This document shows positions 34,127-47,657 of a stretch of DNA of 64,000 nucleotides, in pieces (the first letter of the stretch is position 1; every line of letters begins with the position of its first letter). Source of the DNA: Octopus vulgaris. Taxonomy: Eukaryota. The position numbers and the translations under genes are program-made. The notes beneath the pieces were generated by a model. The model was given only the letters and a program-made list of their open reading frames with translations. It made no database searches and was not told where the DNA came from. The DNA is taken from assembly GCA_951406725.2 (NCBI GenBank), contig OX597814.1, positions 206,088,001 to 206,152,000 of the forward strand, read 5' to 3'.

Positions 34127-34640
34127 GTACAAAGTAAGATAGGGGTTATGGGTGTAACCCACTATGGGATATCATTTATCCAATATACTGTTGGTAAAGT
34201 ACCCAAATTCTTAATACATAAATGTTTTTAATTGCAAATTAATTAACTCATTTATTGTATTAAACGGGTGAAGGTAAAGAAATATTTTTACCGTAAATTT
34301 ATAATACAAATGGAGAAACAAATTTGGTTTGTTCATCAACTTTCGGATATTAGAATGTTGGATTATTTATACATTTTACAAATGAGAACATCAAAAGCAT
34401 ACAAAAATGTTATATAAATCAATAGATAAGATAGTAATACAAATACAGATTTTAAAAGTCATATTATAAATTAATGAAATCCATAAACTGCTTCTTACAG
34501 CTGTTTTTACCTATGGTCAAAAGTGAATCTAATTTTCATTGCCTATAGATTTCAACATACTAAAGTTGTAGGCATTTAAAAAATATAATACTTATATATT
34601 AAAAAACCATAGGCCTCGTCAGAGGTTATAATGAACTTGA
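34127..34640 (-). mobile_element. Penelope-like pLTR/retrozyme relic with decayed long-stem-II hammerhead
   Basis: CTGACGA-GGCCTATGG...90 nt...CCATAGG-ta-aAAAC-AGCT-GTA on the minus strand; shares atccaatatactg...agtaccca with 35612-35680. Confidence 0.55.
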
Positions 34641-35599
34641 AAAATATTAATATTAATATTAATATACTAAACATGATACACGTATTACTTAATATATTAA
34701 AATAAACAATAAACAAATATCAAAATATACATATATACATATACATACTTACATATATATATACATATACATACATACTTACATATATGTATATGAAATG
34801 AACAGAAGTGTGATCAGCATCTTCTCATATATCAGGAAATTACATCTACATTATTATGGATAAATTCATCGTCTCTGAGTATGAAATATCTCCTCATATC
34901 TCCGGAAATTACACCTGCATTATTATGGATGGATTTACCTTTTCTGTGAAACTAACAAACTTTTTTTAAACCCTTTTATAAAACTGTGCATCGTTAGAGA
35001 ACTTGTGAAGTCTGCTTACAATCTAACTTTGCTTTTTATTGAACTCTCTTCGATACTTCATGAGTGTAGCCACACCCCTAGGATGTTTGGAAAACTCATA
35101 TGTGTTTTGGCTGATGAATACGGAATACTTATATTTGCTGCAATATTTGCAGCTTTTAATAAAGCTGTTCTTCGTATGAAACAGTTGTACTGAACAACTA
35201 ATCCATTCTTGTTGCTTTTTTCTCGTTTATAATCACCCCACATTATTGTATGGTTAATACCATATAGTTTTCTGGTGCATCTAAGTTAAGTACCGCATTC
35301 ATGTGAATTCATTGGAACTCACTTGAATCTTAATTGTTGTTACTTACACACACATATATATATATATATATATACATATACAAATACAAATATACATACA
35401 TAAGCAAAGCGTATATAGTATTCACATGCGCAAAATACATTAATGAACACAATTAAACAATATATTCCAGTGGATATACCATACGTCATATACGTATATA
35501 AATACATTAGAACATATGAACACGTCTATGCTTATCAGTAACAACAATATTATTGTATTAACAATAATCTTCAACAGATCTTACATACTATAATAATGT

Positions 35600-36125
35600 C
35601 TTCGTGAGCTATTAGAGGTTGAGAAACCAACTAAGGGATAGTACCTATCCAATATACTGCTTGTAGAGTACCCAATTATTCATAGCCAAGTGCTAGTTAT
35701 TGCACTCGCAATTGAGTGTTATATATGGGCGGGGGTAAAAAAGTGATTTACCCCTGATTTATACGGCAAATAAGAAAACGGAGAGGATATACAATTGACA
35801 GACATCAGCCAGTGAACATTCAAGTATGTCTATTTATTCAATTGTATTGGATAAATACACGCATATGTGTGAGTGATACAGATTAACGAGTGGAAAAAGC
35901 TGGTAACTGCATAAACAAGGGGCTGAATACATACAAGTATATAGAAACAAATGAGCAAAAATTTAAATGGGTGTGCAGCTACTAGTTCCTTACGGCCGTT
36001 TCTGCCAAGTGGCAACAAAATCTTCCAGGTTATCTCTATCACTTCAATGTTATGCAGGGATGAACAGACAAGGCTTGGATAATGGATGTGCCCCTAGGCT
36101 GCTTCAGAGGGTCCAAGTAGTTGGG
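35600..36125 (-). mobile_element. Second Penelope-like pLTR/retrozyme relic with decayed long-stem-II hammerhead
   Basis: CCT-CTGAAGC-agcctagggg...78 nt...CCACTTGGCA-GAAAC-GGCC-GTA-AGG on the minus strand. Confidence 0.55.
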
Positions 36126-37272
36126 GGTGGATAACACATATAAAAGTCAGTTAAGAATAGATAAGGTGTGCTTATACTTTTAAATAGAGTAGGGTAAGAA
36201 TAAGAGCAAAAACAAGAATAGAAGTGAAATATAGCATAGTACAATATTGTGTGGAATGCATAATATTGTTCTTTTAACAGTTATGGATTAAACATTTTGG
36301 ATCTTTTCCCCTTTTTTGTTTACGCGGAAATTATGTGTGCTTGTTATTATTTTTCCGGTTTTCACATCAATGGCTTAAATTTCCTCTTTGCCTTTCCTCT
36401 TTTGGGAGTACTGTGTAGTGCTAAGGTCGATGATAATAATGAAATTATTGTATTCAGTGATCAGGCGCACCACAACTTGTCAAAAGTGCGTATAAAGCAT
36501 CTGCAGTAATGTACAAATATCTGGGAACAGTGTATGAGTCAGATATATGCTTGAAGGGGAGAAAGATCAGGTGTAGTGTTGGCGAATCTCAGGAAGCATG
36601 AAAGTGTTGGCTCATGATATTGGCTCATTCCCTCTCTTCAAAAATTGCTGGCCTTATTCCTAAATTAGAAATCATTAATCCTTTTTGACCATCTTATTTC
36701 AGTTATCCGTAACCTCCGCCTCATTGACAGTTCGTCGTCACAGGTATTGCAATTCAGGGGAAATAACTGATACACATTGTCATAAGAGTAATTCACCTTG
36801 ACAGATTTAAACCACTGAATAAATGAATCTTTTATGAATAAAAACATCAGTTGTCAACGTTCTCAGTCACATATTTAGCTTAGAACACAGTTAAAGAAAA
36901 GCACAGCGGGAGACAGAGAGAGAGAGAAAGTGGTGCTGCTACTGTTGCTGGTTGTTGTTGTTGTTAAGCAACAAGACGGTTAAGGGTGATTAGGTGATGG
37001 TCTAGGGCTTAGGGCGGGAGACCCCAGACCTTAGAAAAAAAATCTTTGGTCATCTTGTTGTAGTCGAGGGCTCTTCGTTGATGCCCGACACTATTGGGAG
37101 GTGGCCCTCGAGGTCGCTGGAAATAGAAATCTCCAGGTCCAAATTCTTGGACGGCTACTGTTGTTGGTGCTCGCTGGTGGTGGAGGTGGCGACGGTGAGT
37201 GGATGGAGAAAAATAATTTTTTCGTGAATTGAACTAAATTTTTTTAATATCACCTATTACTTAACACATCCC

Positions 37273-37541
37273 AAACTTGCCATTCACTTCCGAAAGAAAC
37301 CAGTTTCCCCTTGGTCTGTCTTATGCAGTGGCTATCCACAAATCACAAGGGCAGACATTTGATCGAGTGGGGGCTGTTCTTGCCTGAACCTGTATTCGGC
37401 CATGCTCAGCAACATGTTGCATTCTCAAGGGCTTGCAAATTATCCGATGCGTGACTTAAAGCTATCAACACTGACAAAGAAGGGAAGAGAAGAGCGATAA
37501 CTTACACGAAGAACATAATCTGCAAAGAAGTAGTGGATTAA
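37273..37541 (+). pseudogene. Helitron PIF1-helicase C-terminal relic (copies at about 50008-50275 and 62950-63218)
   Basis: LPFTSERNQFPLGLSYAVAIHKSQGQTFDRVG/LFLPEPVFGHAQQHVAFSRA...YTKNIICKEV* resembles the Helitron motif QFPxxLAFAMTINKSQGQT...HGQLYVAFSR. Confidence 0.8.
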
Positions 37542-37932
37542 AAGATTTATGCAAATTGAAATGTGTATTGGCTTTGACCCATCGCATTGGCTTATAAGTT
37601 ACCAACGATATGGTTTGCAGCGTATGCCATCATAATAATACTAAAATTCTATGGATGTTTGTTGGTACTCGAAATATCTCAGAAATAGTATATTTTATCT
37701 TAATCTTTTTTTTCTTGCATATTTATTTTCATACTTAGCTTCGACAGTACAATATTTGTGACATTATTAATGAAAAGGAGTAAACACTATTTTTGTCTAT
37801 TTCTTGAAAAAAAGAAAAAGCATAGCTTCCGTGACATCAACACACATACATACATACAGAATACATACACATATAACGAATGTGATGGGGTGTCAATCAA
37901 CACAAACACACGGCCTCCATCTGTGACATATC

Positions 37933-38315
37933 GTGGCACTCCGTCGGTTACTATGACGAGGGTTCCAGTTAATCCGATCATCGGAACAGCCTGGTCGGGA
38001 AATTAACATGCAAGTGGCTGAGCACTCCACAGACATGTGTGTACCCTTAACGTAGTTCTCGGGGGGAGATTCAGCGTGATACAGAGTGTGACAAGGGTAG
38101 CCCTTAGAAATACAGGTACAACAGAAACAGGAAGAGAGAGTGAGAGAAAGCTGTGGTGAAAGAGTACAAGGTTCGCCACTATCCCCTACAAGAGCCTCGT
38201 GGAGCTGTGGGTGTTTTTGCTCAATAAACACTCACAAAGCCCGGTCTGGGAATCAAAACTTCGATCCTACGACCGCGAGTCCGCTACCTTAACCACTGAG
38301 CCATTGCGCCTCCAC
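37933..38315 (-). mobile_element. tRNA-headed SINE (copy at about 50668-51050)
   Basis: Minus-strand head ggaggcgcaatggctcagtggttaaggtagcggactcgcggtcgtaggatcgaagttttgattcccaga is tRNA-like with A and B boxes. Confidence 0.75.
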
Positions 38316-39079
38316 TGTCTGTGACATATACATACACATAGTCTTCGCGCACTCTGAGCAAAGAAAAAAAAAAGAAAGACTTTCACCTTTTGACGTACAC
38401 AATATTTTAATGATTTGGAAATATTTTTAACTGAATGGCATTTCAAAAATATAAGTTGTTTGTTCAGCAAGAATTTATATTTTAGCATTCTTCAAACACT
38501 ATTTTAATGGATTTTTAATTATTTTCAGGTTGTTAATTTCCATAATTTTTTTTTATTTATTTACATTTATTTACATGAGAGAAGAAAGTGAAAGATGTGT
38601 GTACGTGTATAGGAAATGGACGTGTGTGTGTGTGGAAGAGGGAGAGAGGGTGGAGGGGGGAAGAGAGAAAGTGAAGGGGTGTTTTGTCATGTATACGTAC
38701 ATACATCAATACATATGCGTACATCCTTTTTATATGTACGTGTGCATGTGTGTTTGTGGGTGTGTGGGAGAGAGAGAAAGAGAATGAGCCAGGGTGAGTG
38801 AGTGAACGTGTGTGTTCTCATGTATGTGTAAGTGGCACTCTCTCTCTCTCTCTCATACACACACACACTCACACACGTCCATTTCATAGATGCGTTCATG
38901 CATCTTTCATGTTCTCTATTTCACTTTAAAACAATTGTAAATAAATAAAACAATTTTACGGAAATTAATGAACAAAATCAGCTGATCTGGATGACAGTTC
39001 TGAGAGTCAAAGCGAAAGATTGCCCCAAGGGAATACCATTACAAATGTTTTTCGAATACAGTCAACGTATCCCAGCTCC

Positions 39080-39198
39080 AAAGATTTGGCTGCTATTTCT
39101 AGCACGTCCTGATACCACGTAGCAGCTATTTGCGATAAAAGACTCAAAATACCTGTTATGAGGTATCAGGGCGTGCAAGAAATAGCAGCGAAATCTTT
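39080..39198. repeat. Imperfect inverted repeat within a dispersed MITE-like repeat (related to 26950-27105)
   Basis: aaagatttggctgctatttctagcacgtcctgatacc versus ggtatcagggcgtgcaagaaatagcagcgaaatcttt. Confidence 0.65.
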
Positions 39199-40528
39199 CC
39201 TTTTCCGAGGAAACGAGCTGTTTACGCTTGATTTCGATGTCACTTTCGTTGAAAGCATACGAAACAACCTAGAAAAGAGAGAGAGAGAGAAAATAAACAT
39301 GAAACAAACATCCATTGCTGGGAAACTCAGATTCCAGGTGACCTACGGGTCACGGGTAGTCTAGTGTTACATTAAATTTTCACCCCCGTGAAGTTGTGAC
39401 CTCTATATTTTCCATATAAAATAAATGTTTTTACTATAATTTATTTGGTTTTCTAGATATGAAATTGTGACAATGAGAATTTTAAAATGTAATTTTTCTG
39501 TTAATGGTGAAAATGGAAAAATAAGAGTGAATATTTATTTTATGAGTGCTGTGTATTAAGTCTATAAAATTGTGCATAAAGTATATAAAGTGCATTAAGT
39601 AATCATCGTATTCATTTTCAATGAATAGCAGATGAGCGACAATCTTTCAATAGAGATGTAGCAATAACCATTTTAGCCATTTTGAAATGTGGCGCGAATT
39701 GGCAATATGACTTAATGTCTTTGCCGAAGAATTATTATTTTCGTTTTTTTCCATTGGTTAATATAACTGCTCATATAAAGATTCTAAAAGTTTCGTAAAG
39801 AATATTTGTCATATATTTCGATTCTTTTTAGTCATGTTGAGCAGTTATAAAAACCCTGGATTTTGGGAAAAATTTCAGTGTTTGTTGGATGTCCATGAAC
39901 TCCACAACACTCACTCTTTTGAGACATTGGTAATTTTCATGCCATGTCTAAGTTAATCACAAGTCTATTTTGATTTGTTGGTTAATGTATTAGCTAGAAT
40001 TGAGAAATTAGTTAATGAAATTATAGTCGTTCTTCTTCAGCGTTCTTTTCGTTTCAACTTACTTTTAACTATTTGTTAATAAAATATTTATGCAATAATT
40101 CTGTAGTTTATGTTTATTATATTATTAAAATATTCCACCAGTCTGTCGGTGTTTATAATTTTTTTTTTATTTAAAAAATATTTTTTTCTATAGGTTTTCC
40201 TATAGGTTGTTTTAGTTGGGGTCACCAATTTTCCTATGGCAGTTTTTGTTTTAAACCTTAAGCTTTCTCTCAGGTTATATTATTTTATTTGGCTTTTCTC
40301 TGAGTAAGGGAGAATATAATGATTCAACGTCACTTATACTAAAGTGTTATCATTATGCCTAAAACCCTAACTACAGTTATAACATCATAGAGACATATAC
40401 GCATGAAACGCTATGAATATTAACGATATGTATGTTAAATATTTTCTTCGTGTTCTTTAAACCACTATAAGAAAACATAAATTAAGGATTACAGAAATGC
40501 ATACTTATTTATGCTCAGTTGAAAAACA

Positions 40529-41080
40529 AACGTGAAGAGAAACATTTTCTTTTAATTAGTTTTATTATATAAATATAACATTTTATATTATTTACAGTAG
40601 GAGAGATAACTTGTCGTGAAGCATTTTAGCCATTTTGAAATGTGGCGCGAATTGGCAATATGACGTAATGTCTTTGCCGAAGAATTATAATTTTCGTTTT
40701 TTCCATTGGTTAATATAACTGCTCATATGAAGATTCTAAAAGTTTCGTAAAGAATATTTGTCATGGATTTCGATTCTTTTTAGTCAAGTTGAGCAGTTAT
40801 AAAAACCCTGGATTTTGGGAAAAATTTCAGTGTTTGTTGGATGTCACTGAACTCCACGACACTCACTCTTTTGAGACATCGGTAATTTTCATGCCATGTC
40901 TAAGTTAATCACAAGTCTATTTTGATTTGTTGGCTAATGTATTAGCTAGAATTGAGAAATTAGTTAATGAAATTATAGTCGTTTTTCTTCACGACAAAGT
41001 TATCTTTCCTACTGTAAATAATATAAAATGTTATATTTATATAATAAAACTAATTAAAAGAAAATGTTTCTCTTCATGTT
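40529..41080. repeat. ~93-bp inverted repeats flanking a ~370-bp duplicate of 39670-40040 (also 53253-53803)
   Basis: 40529-40621 is reverse-complementary to 40987-41080; the enclosed segment is a direct copy of the upstream block. Confidence 0.85.
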
Positions 41081-41139
41081 AATAATAATAATAATAAGAA
41101 GAAGAAGAAGAAGAAGAAGAATATGAATAATAATAAGGA

Positions 41140-41173
<34 letters not shown>

Positions 41174-41219
41174 AAGAAGAAGAAGAAGAACAACAACAAC
41201 AACAACAAGAACAAGAAAG

Positions 41220-41251
<32 letters not shown>

Positions 41252-42070
41252 TAGAAGAAGAAGAATAAGAATAATAATAATAAGAAGAAGAATAAAAATA
41301 ATAATTATAATAATAATAAGAAGAAGAATAAGAATAATAAGAAGAAGAATAGTATAAATAATAATAAGAAGAAGAAGAGGAATAAGTAGAGTAATAATAA
41401 GAAGAATAATAATAATAAGAAGAAGAAGAAGAAAAAGAAGAAGAATAATAATAATAATACTATTATATTAAGAATAATAATAATAATATTAATAATAATA
41501 ATAAGAAGAAGAATAAAATAATAATAATAATAATAATAATAAGAAGAAGAAGAATAATAAGAAAAGTAATAATAATAACAATAATACGAAGAATAATAAT
41601 AATAAGAAGAAGATGAATAAGAATAATAAGAAGAAGAAGAAAAGAAGAAGAATTAGAAGAATAATAAGAGTAATAATAATAATAAGTCGAAGAAGAATAA
41701 GAATAATAATAATAAGAAGAAGAAGAAGAAGAAAAATAATAATAATAAGAAGAAGAATTAGAAGAAGAATAATAAGAATAAGAGGAAGAAGAATAAGAAG
41801 AAGAAGAATAATAAGAAGTGTTATAATAAGAATAGTAAGAAAAATAATAAAAATAATAATAATAAGAATAATAATGATAATAATAATAAGAAGAAGAAGA
41901 AGAATAAATATAATAGTAATAATAATAATAAGACGAAGAAGAAGAATAAGAATAATAATAAAAAGAATAATAAGAATAAGAAGAAGAATAATAGTAATAA
42001 TAATAATAATAGTAATAATAATAATTATAATAAAAATAATAATAAGAAGAAGAAGAATAAGAATAGAAAA

Positions 42071-42121
<51 letters not shown>

Positions 42122-42714
42122 GAAGAAAAAGAATAATGATATTATGAATAATAATAATATTAATAATAATAAAAATAATAATAATAAGAATAAGAATAAT
42201 GATATTAATAATAATAATAATGAGAATAATAATAATAATCATCATCACCATCATCATCATTTAGCGTCCGTTTTCCATGCTAGCATGGGTTGGACGGTTC
42301 AACTGGGGTCTGTGAAGCCAGAAGGCTGCATCAGGCCCAGTCTGATCTGGCAGTGTTTCTACGGCTGGATGCACTTCCTAACGCCAACCACTCCGTGAGT
42401 GTAGTGGGTGCTTTTTACGTGCCACCCGCACAGGTGCCAGACAGAGCTGGCAAACGGCCACGAACGGATGGTGCTTTTACGTGTCACCGGCACGGGGGCC
42501 AGGCGAGGCTGGCAATGGACACGAACGGATGGTGCTTTTACGTGCCACCGATGCAGGGGCCAGACAGAGCTGGCAAACGGCCACGAACGGTTCGTGCTTT
42601 TATGTGTCACCTGCACGGGGGCCAGGCGAGGCTGGCAACGGACACGAATGGATGGTGCTTTTACGTGCCACCGACACGGAGGCTAGACGGGACGGCGCCG
42701 GCAACAACCAATAA

Positions 42715-42762
<48 letters not shown>

Positions 42763-43318
42763 TAATAAGAAGAAGAAGAAGAAGAATAATAATAATAAAA
42801 ATAATAATAATAATAAGAAGAAGAATAATAATAAGAATAACAATAATAATAAGATTAAGAATAATAATAATAATAAGAAGAAGAAGAAGAAAAATAATAA
42901 TAATATGAATAATAATAATAAGATGAATAAGATAATAATAATAAGAAGAATAATAATAAGAAGAATAATAATAATAAAAGTAATAAGAATAATAATAAGA
43001 AGAATAATAGTAATAACAACAATAATAATAAGATTAAGAATAATAATAATAATAATACGAAGAAGAAGAAGAAGAAGAAGGTGAATAATAAGAATAATAA
43101 TTATAGTAAAGAAGAAGAAGAGTAAGAATTATAATTATAAGATTAAGAAGAAAAAGAATAACAATAATAATAAGAAGAAGAAGAATAATAAGAATAATCA
43201 TAATAATATTGATAACAATAATAGTAATAATAATAACTAAAATAAAAAAATAATAAGAAGAAGTAGAAAATAAGTATATTAAGAATAGTAAGAATAATAA
43301 TAATAATATTAAAAATAA
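41081..43318. repeat. Compound (AAT)n/(AAG)n tract interrupted by an RTE fragment (second copy 53804-56118)
   Basis: Seen directly. Confidence 0.95.
42239..42707 (-). mobile_element. RTE-family 3' UTR fragment inserted in (AAT)n (copy at 54934-55402)
   Basis: (CAT)n followed by gcgtccgttttccatgctagcatgggttggacgg..., as at 22149-22330. Confidence 0.85.
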
Positions 43319-43319
43319 A

Positions 43320-43827
43320 AATATTTGGAAAATTTTCACCAAAACTTTTTCGAAAATATTTGCCGAAAATTTTAACCAAAAATTTTCACGGAAATTTTTT
43401 GAAAATTATTGCAGAAAATTTTACCCAAAAATTTTCACCGAAACTTTTCGAAAATTTTTGCCGAATATTTTACCTAAAAATATTTGGAAAATTTTCACCA
43501 AAACTTTTTCGAAAATATTTACCGAAAATTTTACCCAAAAATTTTCACGGAAATTTTTCGAAAATTGTTTCCGACAATTTTACTCAAAAATTTTTACCTA
43601 AAAATTTTTCGAAAATTTTCAGCAAAATTTTTGAGTAAAATTTCGTGGATAATTTTCGAAAAATTTTTGGTAAAATTTTCGGTGAAAATTTTCGAAAAAT
43701 GTCGGTGGACATTTTTGGGTAAAATTTTCGGCAAAAATTTTAGAAAAATTTCGGTGAAAATTTTTGGGTAAAATTTTCGAAAAAAATTTGGTGAAAATTT
43801 TCCAAAAATTTTTCGGTAAAATTTTCA
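43320..43827. repeat. A4T4-based satellite block with forward-to-reverse switch at about 43620 (copy 56120-56627)
   Basis: aaaattttaccc/aaaattttcaccg units change to gggtaaaatttt/cggtgaaaatttt. Confidence 0.9.
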
Positions 43828-44839
43828 AAGAAACCCTAAAAAGCTGGAGAATTACGATTTCTGGGCACAAGAAGCACACTATCAAAACTTTTACTGAAAA
43901 AAGATATTTGCTGAACACGAGATGATCTTCTTTGAATTTGACGAAAAACGTAGTAGATGCCGGAATAGAAAAGCGTGAGTGAGAAAAGTTCAATGTACGT
44001 GTGTGCGTTTGCGTGTGTGTGTGTGTGTGAGTCTGATGGGGTGTGAGGGGTGAGACGTCAGTCTTCTGCCATATATCAATTTGTATATTCCTTGTGTTAT
44101 CATGTGCTATAATTCGAAGCAATCCTATTTTCGTTCTGTGAAGTGAAGTTGGGTAATATATGTATAAAAAGTAAGGTAGAATTGTTATACTTGACAGATT
44201 TTTATGAGGTTTATTAACTGGATGGAATAAAGCCGCATGATTGAATTTAGAAACAAAAAACATGAATGAAATCTTACGCGATTTACTTTTGATTTTTTTC
44301 AATTTATTAACTTTAGAACATTCAATATGATGCGTAGAAGACAAAATAATAGTTTTCACTCATCTGAAATTCAACGCTCCAGAAGTCGAAGGGTTAGGAA
44401 AATACTAGAAGAAAAAATAAACACTGGAGACACAAGAGCAACGAAAAGTAGAACTTCAGTTTGAAACAATCAAGGAAGCCAGTTTGCTGGAATAAAGGAC
44501 ACCAGAGCAGAAACGACAGAGGCTGGATTGTCAAGTCAATAGACAAGCCTGTTTGAGGAAACACGAGACACCCGTGCGGAAATGATGGAGGCTGCAATCT
44601 GAAGCCTAAGAGAATAGGTGATAGCTTCAAGCTAACGCAGCCAGAAATTCACGTTCCAGAAAAGAAATATCAGAACAATGATAAATCGGTTTAGAATTTA
44701 GACCATTTTCTCGCGAAGAATGGCAACTGTCAGCCTTTATCTATGTACTGACGCTACTATATATGCATATCTATCTATCTAAAAATTAATACAGAGAGTT
44801 GCTTATTTACAAAAAAAAAAAGAAATATAACATGTGACT

Positions 44840-45399
<560 letters not shown>

Positions 45400-45821
45400 A
45401 CTGGGAACGGAAGTTGACAGGAAGACGATAGAGAGACATTCAGAGTCGTTGAAGTAGGAAGAGGAAAAGAAAGAGGCAATAAGATAAAATGAGAAAAAGT
45501 GAGAGAGAAGACGAAGCAATGGGGTCATGGAAAATAACTCATATGAATAGTGGTGTGACAACGTAAACAGTATGAATATAATAATGCATTTGTAACGCAT
45601 GCTAGACAGCTCCGTCTTTCTAAAGTGGAACTAGTTAGCCATCTCAGGTGATAAATGACACAAGCATTTCAATAAACCATTTTTGATTTATATTTCACAT
45701 AAAAGCATATATATGGAAATATATTATTATCATTATTATTATAATTATTATTATTATTATTAATATTATTATTATTATTGTTATTATCGTTATTATTATA
45801 GTTATTATTATTATTATTATT

Positions 45822-47175
45822 AAAAAATTTTTCGGAAGTTTTACCCAAAAATTTTCACCGAAATTTTTCGAAAATTCTTGCCGAAAATTTTACCCACAAA
45901 TTTGTAGAAAATTTTACCCAATAATTTTCACCGAAATTTTTCGAAAATTCTTGCCGGAAATTTTACCCAATAATTTTCACCGAAATTTTAAGAAAATTTT
46001 TTCCGAAAATTTTACCCAAAAAATTTCAGCGAAATTTTTTGAAAATTCTTGCCGAAAATTTTACCCAAAAATTTATCGAAAATTTTACCCAAAAATTTAT
46101 CGAAAATTTTGCCCAAAAATTTTCACCAAAATTTTTTCGAAAATTTTGCCGAAAATTTTACCCAAAAATTTTTCGAAAATTCTTGCCGAAAATTTTACCC
46201 AAAACTTTTCACCGAAATTTTTCGAAAATTTTACCCAAAAATTTTTCCAAAATTTTCCACCAAAATTTGCCCAAAGAATTTTTCCAAAATTTTACCCAAA
46301 AATTTTCACCGAAATTTTACCCAAAAATTTTCACCGAAATTTTTCCAAAATTTTTGCCGAAAATTTTATCCAAAAATTTCCACCGAAAATTTTACCAAAA
46401 GCGTTTCGAAAATTTTCGACCCGACATTTTTCGAAAAATTTGACCCAAAGAGTTTTTCGAAAATTTTACCCAAAAATCTTCACCGAAATTTTCCGAAAAT
46501 TTTACCCAAAAAATTTCGGTAAAAATTTTTGGGTAAAATTTTCGGCAAGTATTTTCGAAAAATTTCGGTGAAAATTTTTGGGTAAAATTTTCGAAAAATT
46601 CTTTTTGGTAAAATATTCGGTGAAAATTTTCGAAAAATTTTCGAAAAATTTTCGGTGAAAATTGTACCCAAATTGTACCCAAAAATTTTCACCGAAATTT
46701 TTCAGAAATTTTTGCCGAAAATTTTCCCCAAAAATTTTTGAAAAATTTTCACCAAAATTTTTTCAAAAATTCTTGCCGAAAATTTTACCCAAAAATTTTC
46801 ACCGAAATTTTTCGAAAATTCTTGCCGAAAGTTTTACCCACAAATTTTCACCGAAATTTTTCGAATATTTTATCAAAACTTCTTCCAAAATTTTCAAATT
46901 TTCCCAAAGAATTTTTCGAAAATTTTACCCAAAAATTTTCACCGATATATTTCGAAAATTTTTGCCGAAAGTTTTACCCAAAAATTTTCAACGAAATTTT
47001 TCGAAAATTCTTGCCGAAAATTTTACCCAAAATAATAATAATAATAATAAGGAATAATAGTAATAATAATAAGATTAATAATAATAATAATAAGAAGAAG
47101 AAGAAGAAGAAGAAGAAGAATACTAATAATATTAATAATAATAATAATAAGAAGAAGAATAAGAATAATAAAGAG

Positions 47176-47207
<32 letters not shown>

Positions 47208-47603
47208 TAATAATAATAATAATAAGACGAATAAGAAGAACAAGAATAATAATAATGATAATAATAATAATTAGATGAATAAGAAGAACAAGAATAAGAA
47301 TAATAATAATAATAAGAAGAATATTAATTATAATATTATGAATAATAATAAGAAGAAAAATTGTAATAATAATATTAATAATAAAAATAATAATAAGAAG
47401 AAGAAGAATAATAAAAATAATAATAATAATAAGAAGAAGAAGAAGAATAAGATAATAATAATAAGACGAAGAAAAATAATAATAATAAGAAGAATAAGTA
47501 TAAGAATAATAATAGGAAAAATAATAATAAGAATAATAATAAGGAGAAGAATTTTTAGAATAATAATAATAAGAATAATAATACTAAGAAGAAGAAGAAG
47601 ATA

Positions 47604-47657
<54 letters not shown>

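Noticed and set aside
34930-35330. Possible coding relic between the two hammerhead-bearing repeats
   Set aside because: No recognisable motif in the frames I translated.
36977-37020. Telomere-like ttaaggg/ctaggg/ttaggg cluster
   Set aside because: Only one exact TTAGGG and no tandem array; at most a weak G-rich patch.
38245-38315. tRNA gene on the minus strand
   Set aside because: tRNA-like head of a SINE that continues into the SINE body; no proper acceptor stem seen.
41169-43379. Poly-I/R/N/K and poly-Y/S ORFs
   Set aside because: Translations of AAT/AAG microsatellite.
43619-44359. 246-aa minus-strand ORF in the macrosatellite core
   Set aside because: Part of it is satellite, and the frame is broken in unit 2 by a CA-repeat length change.
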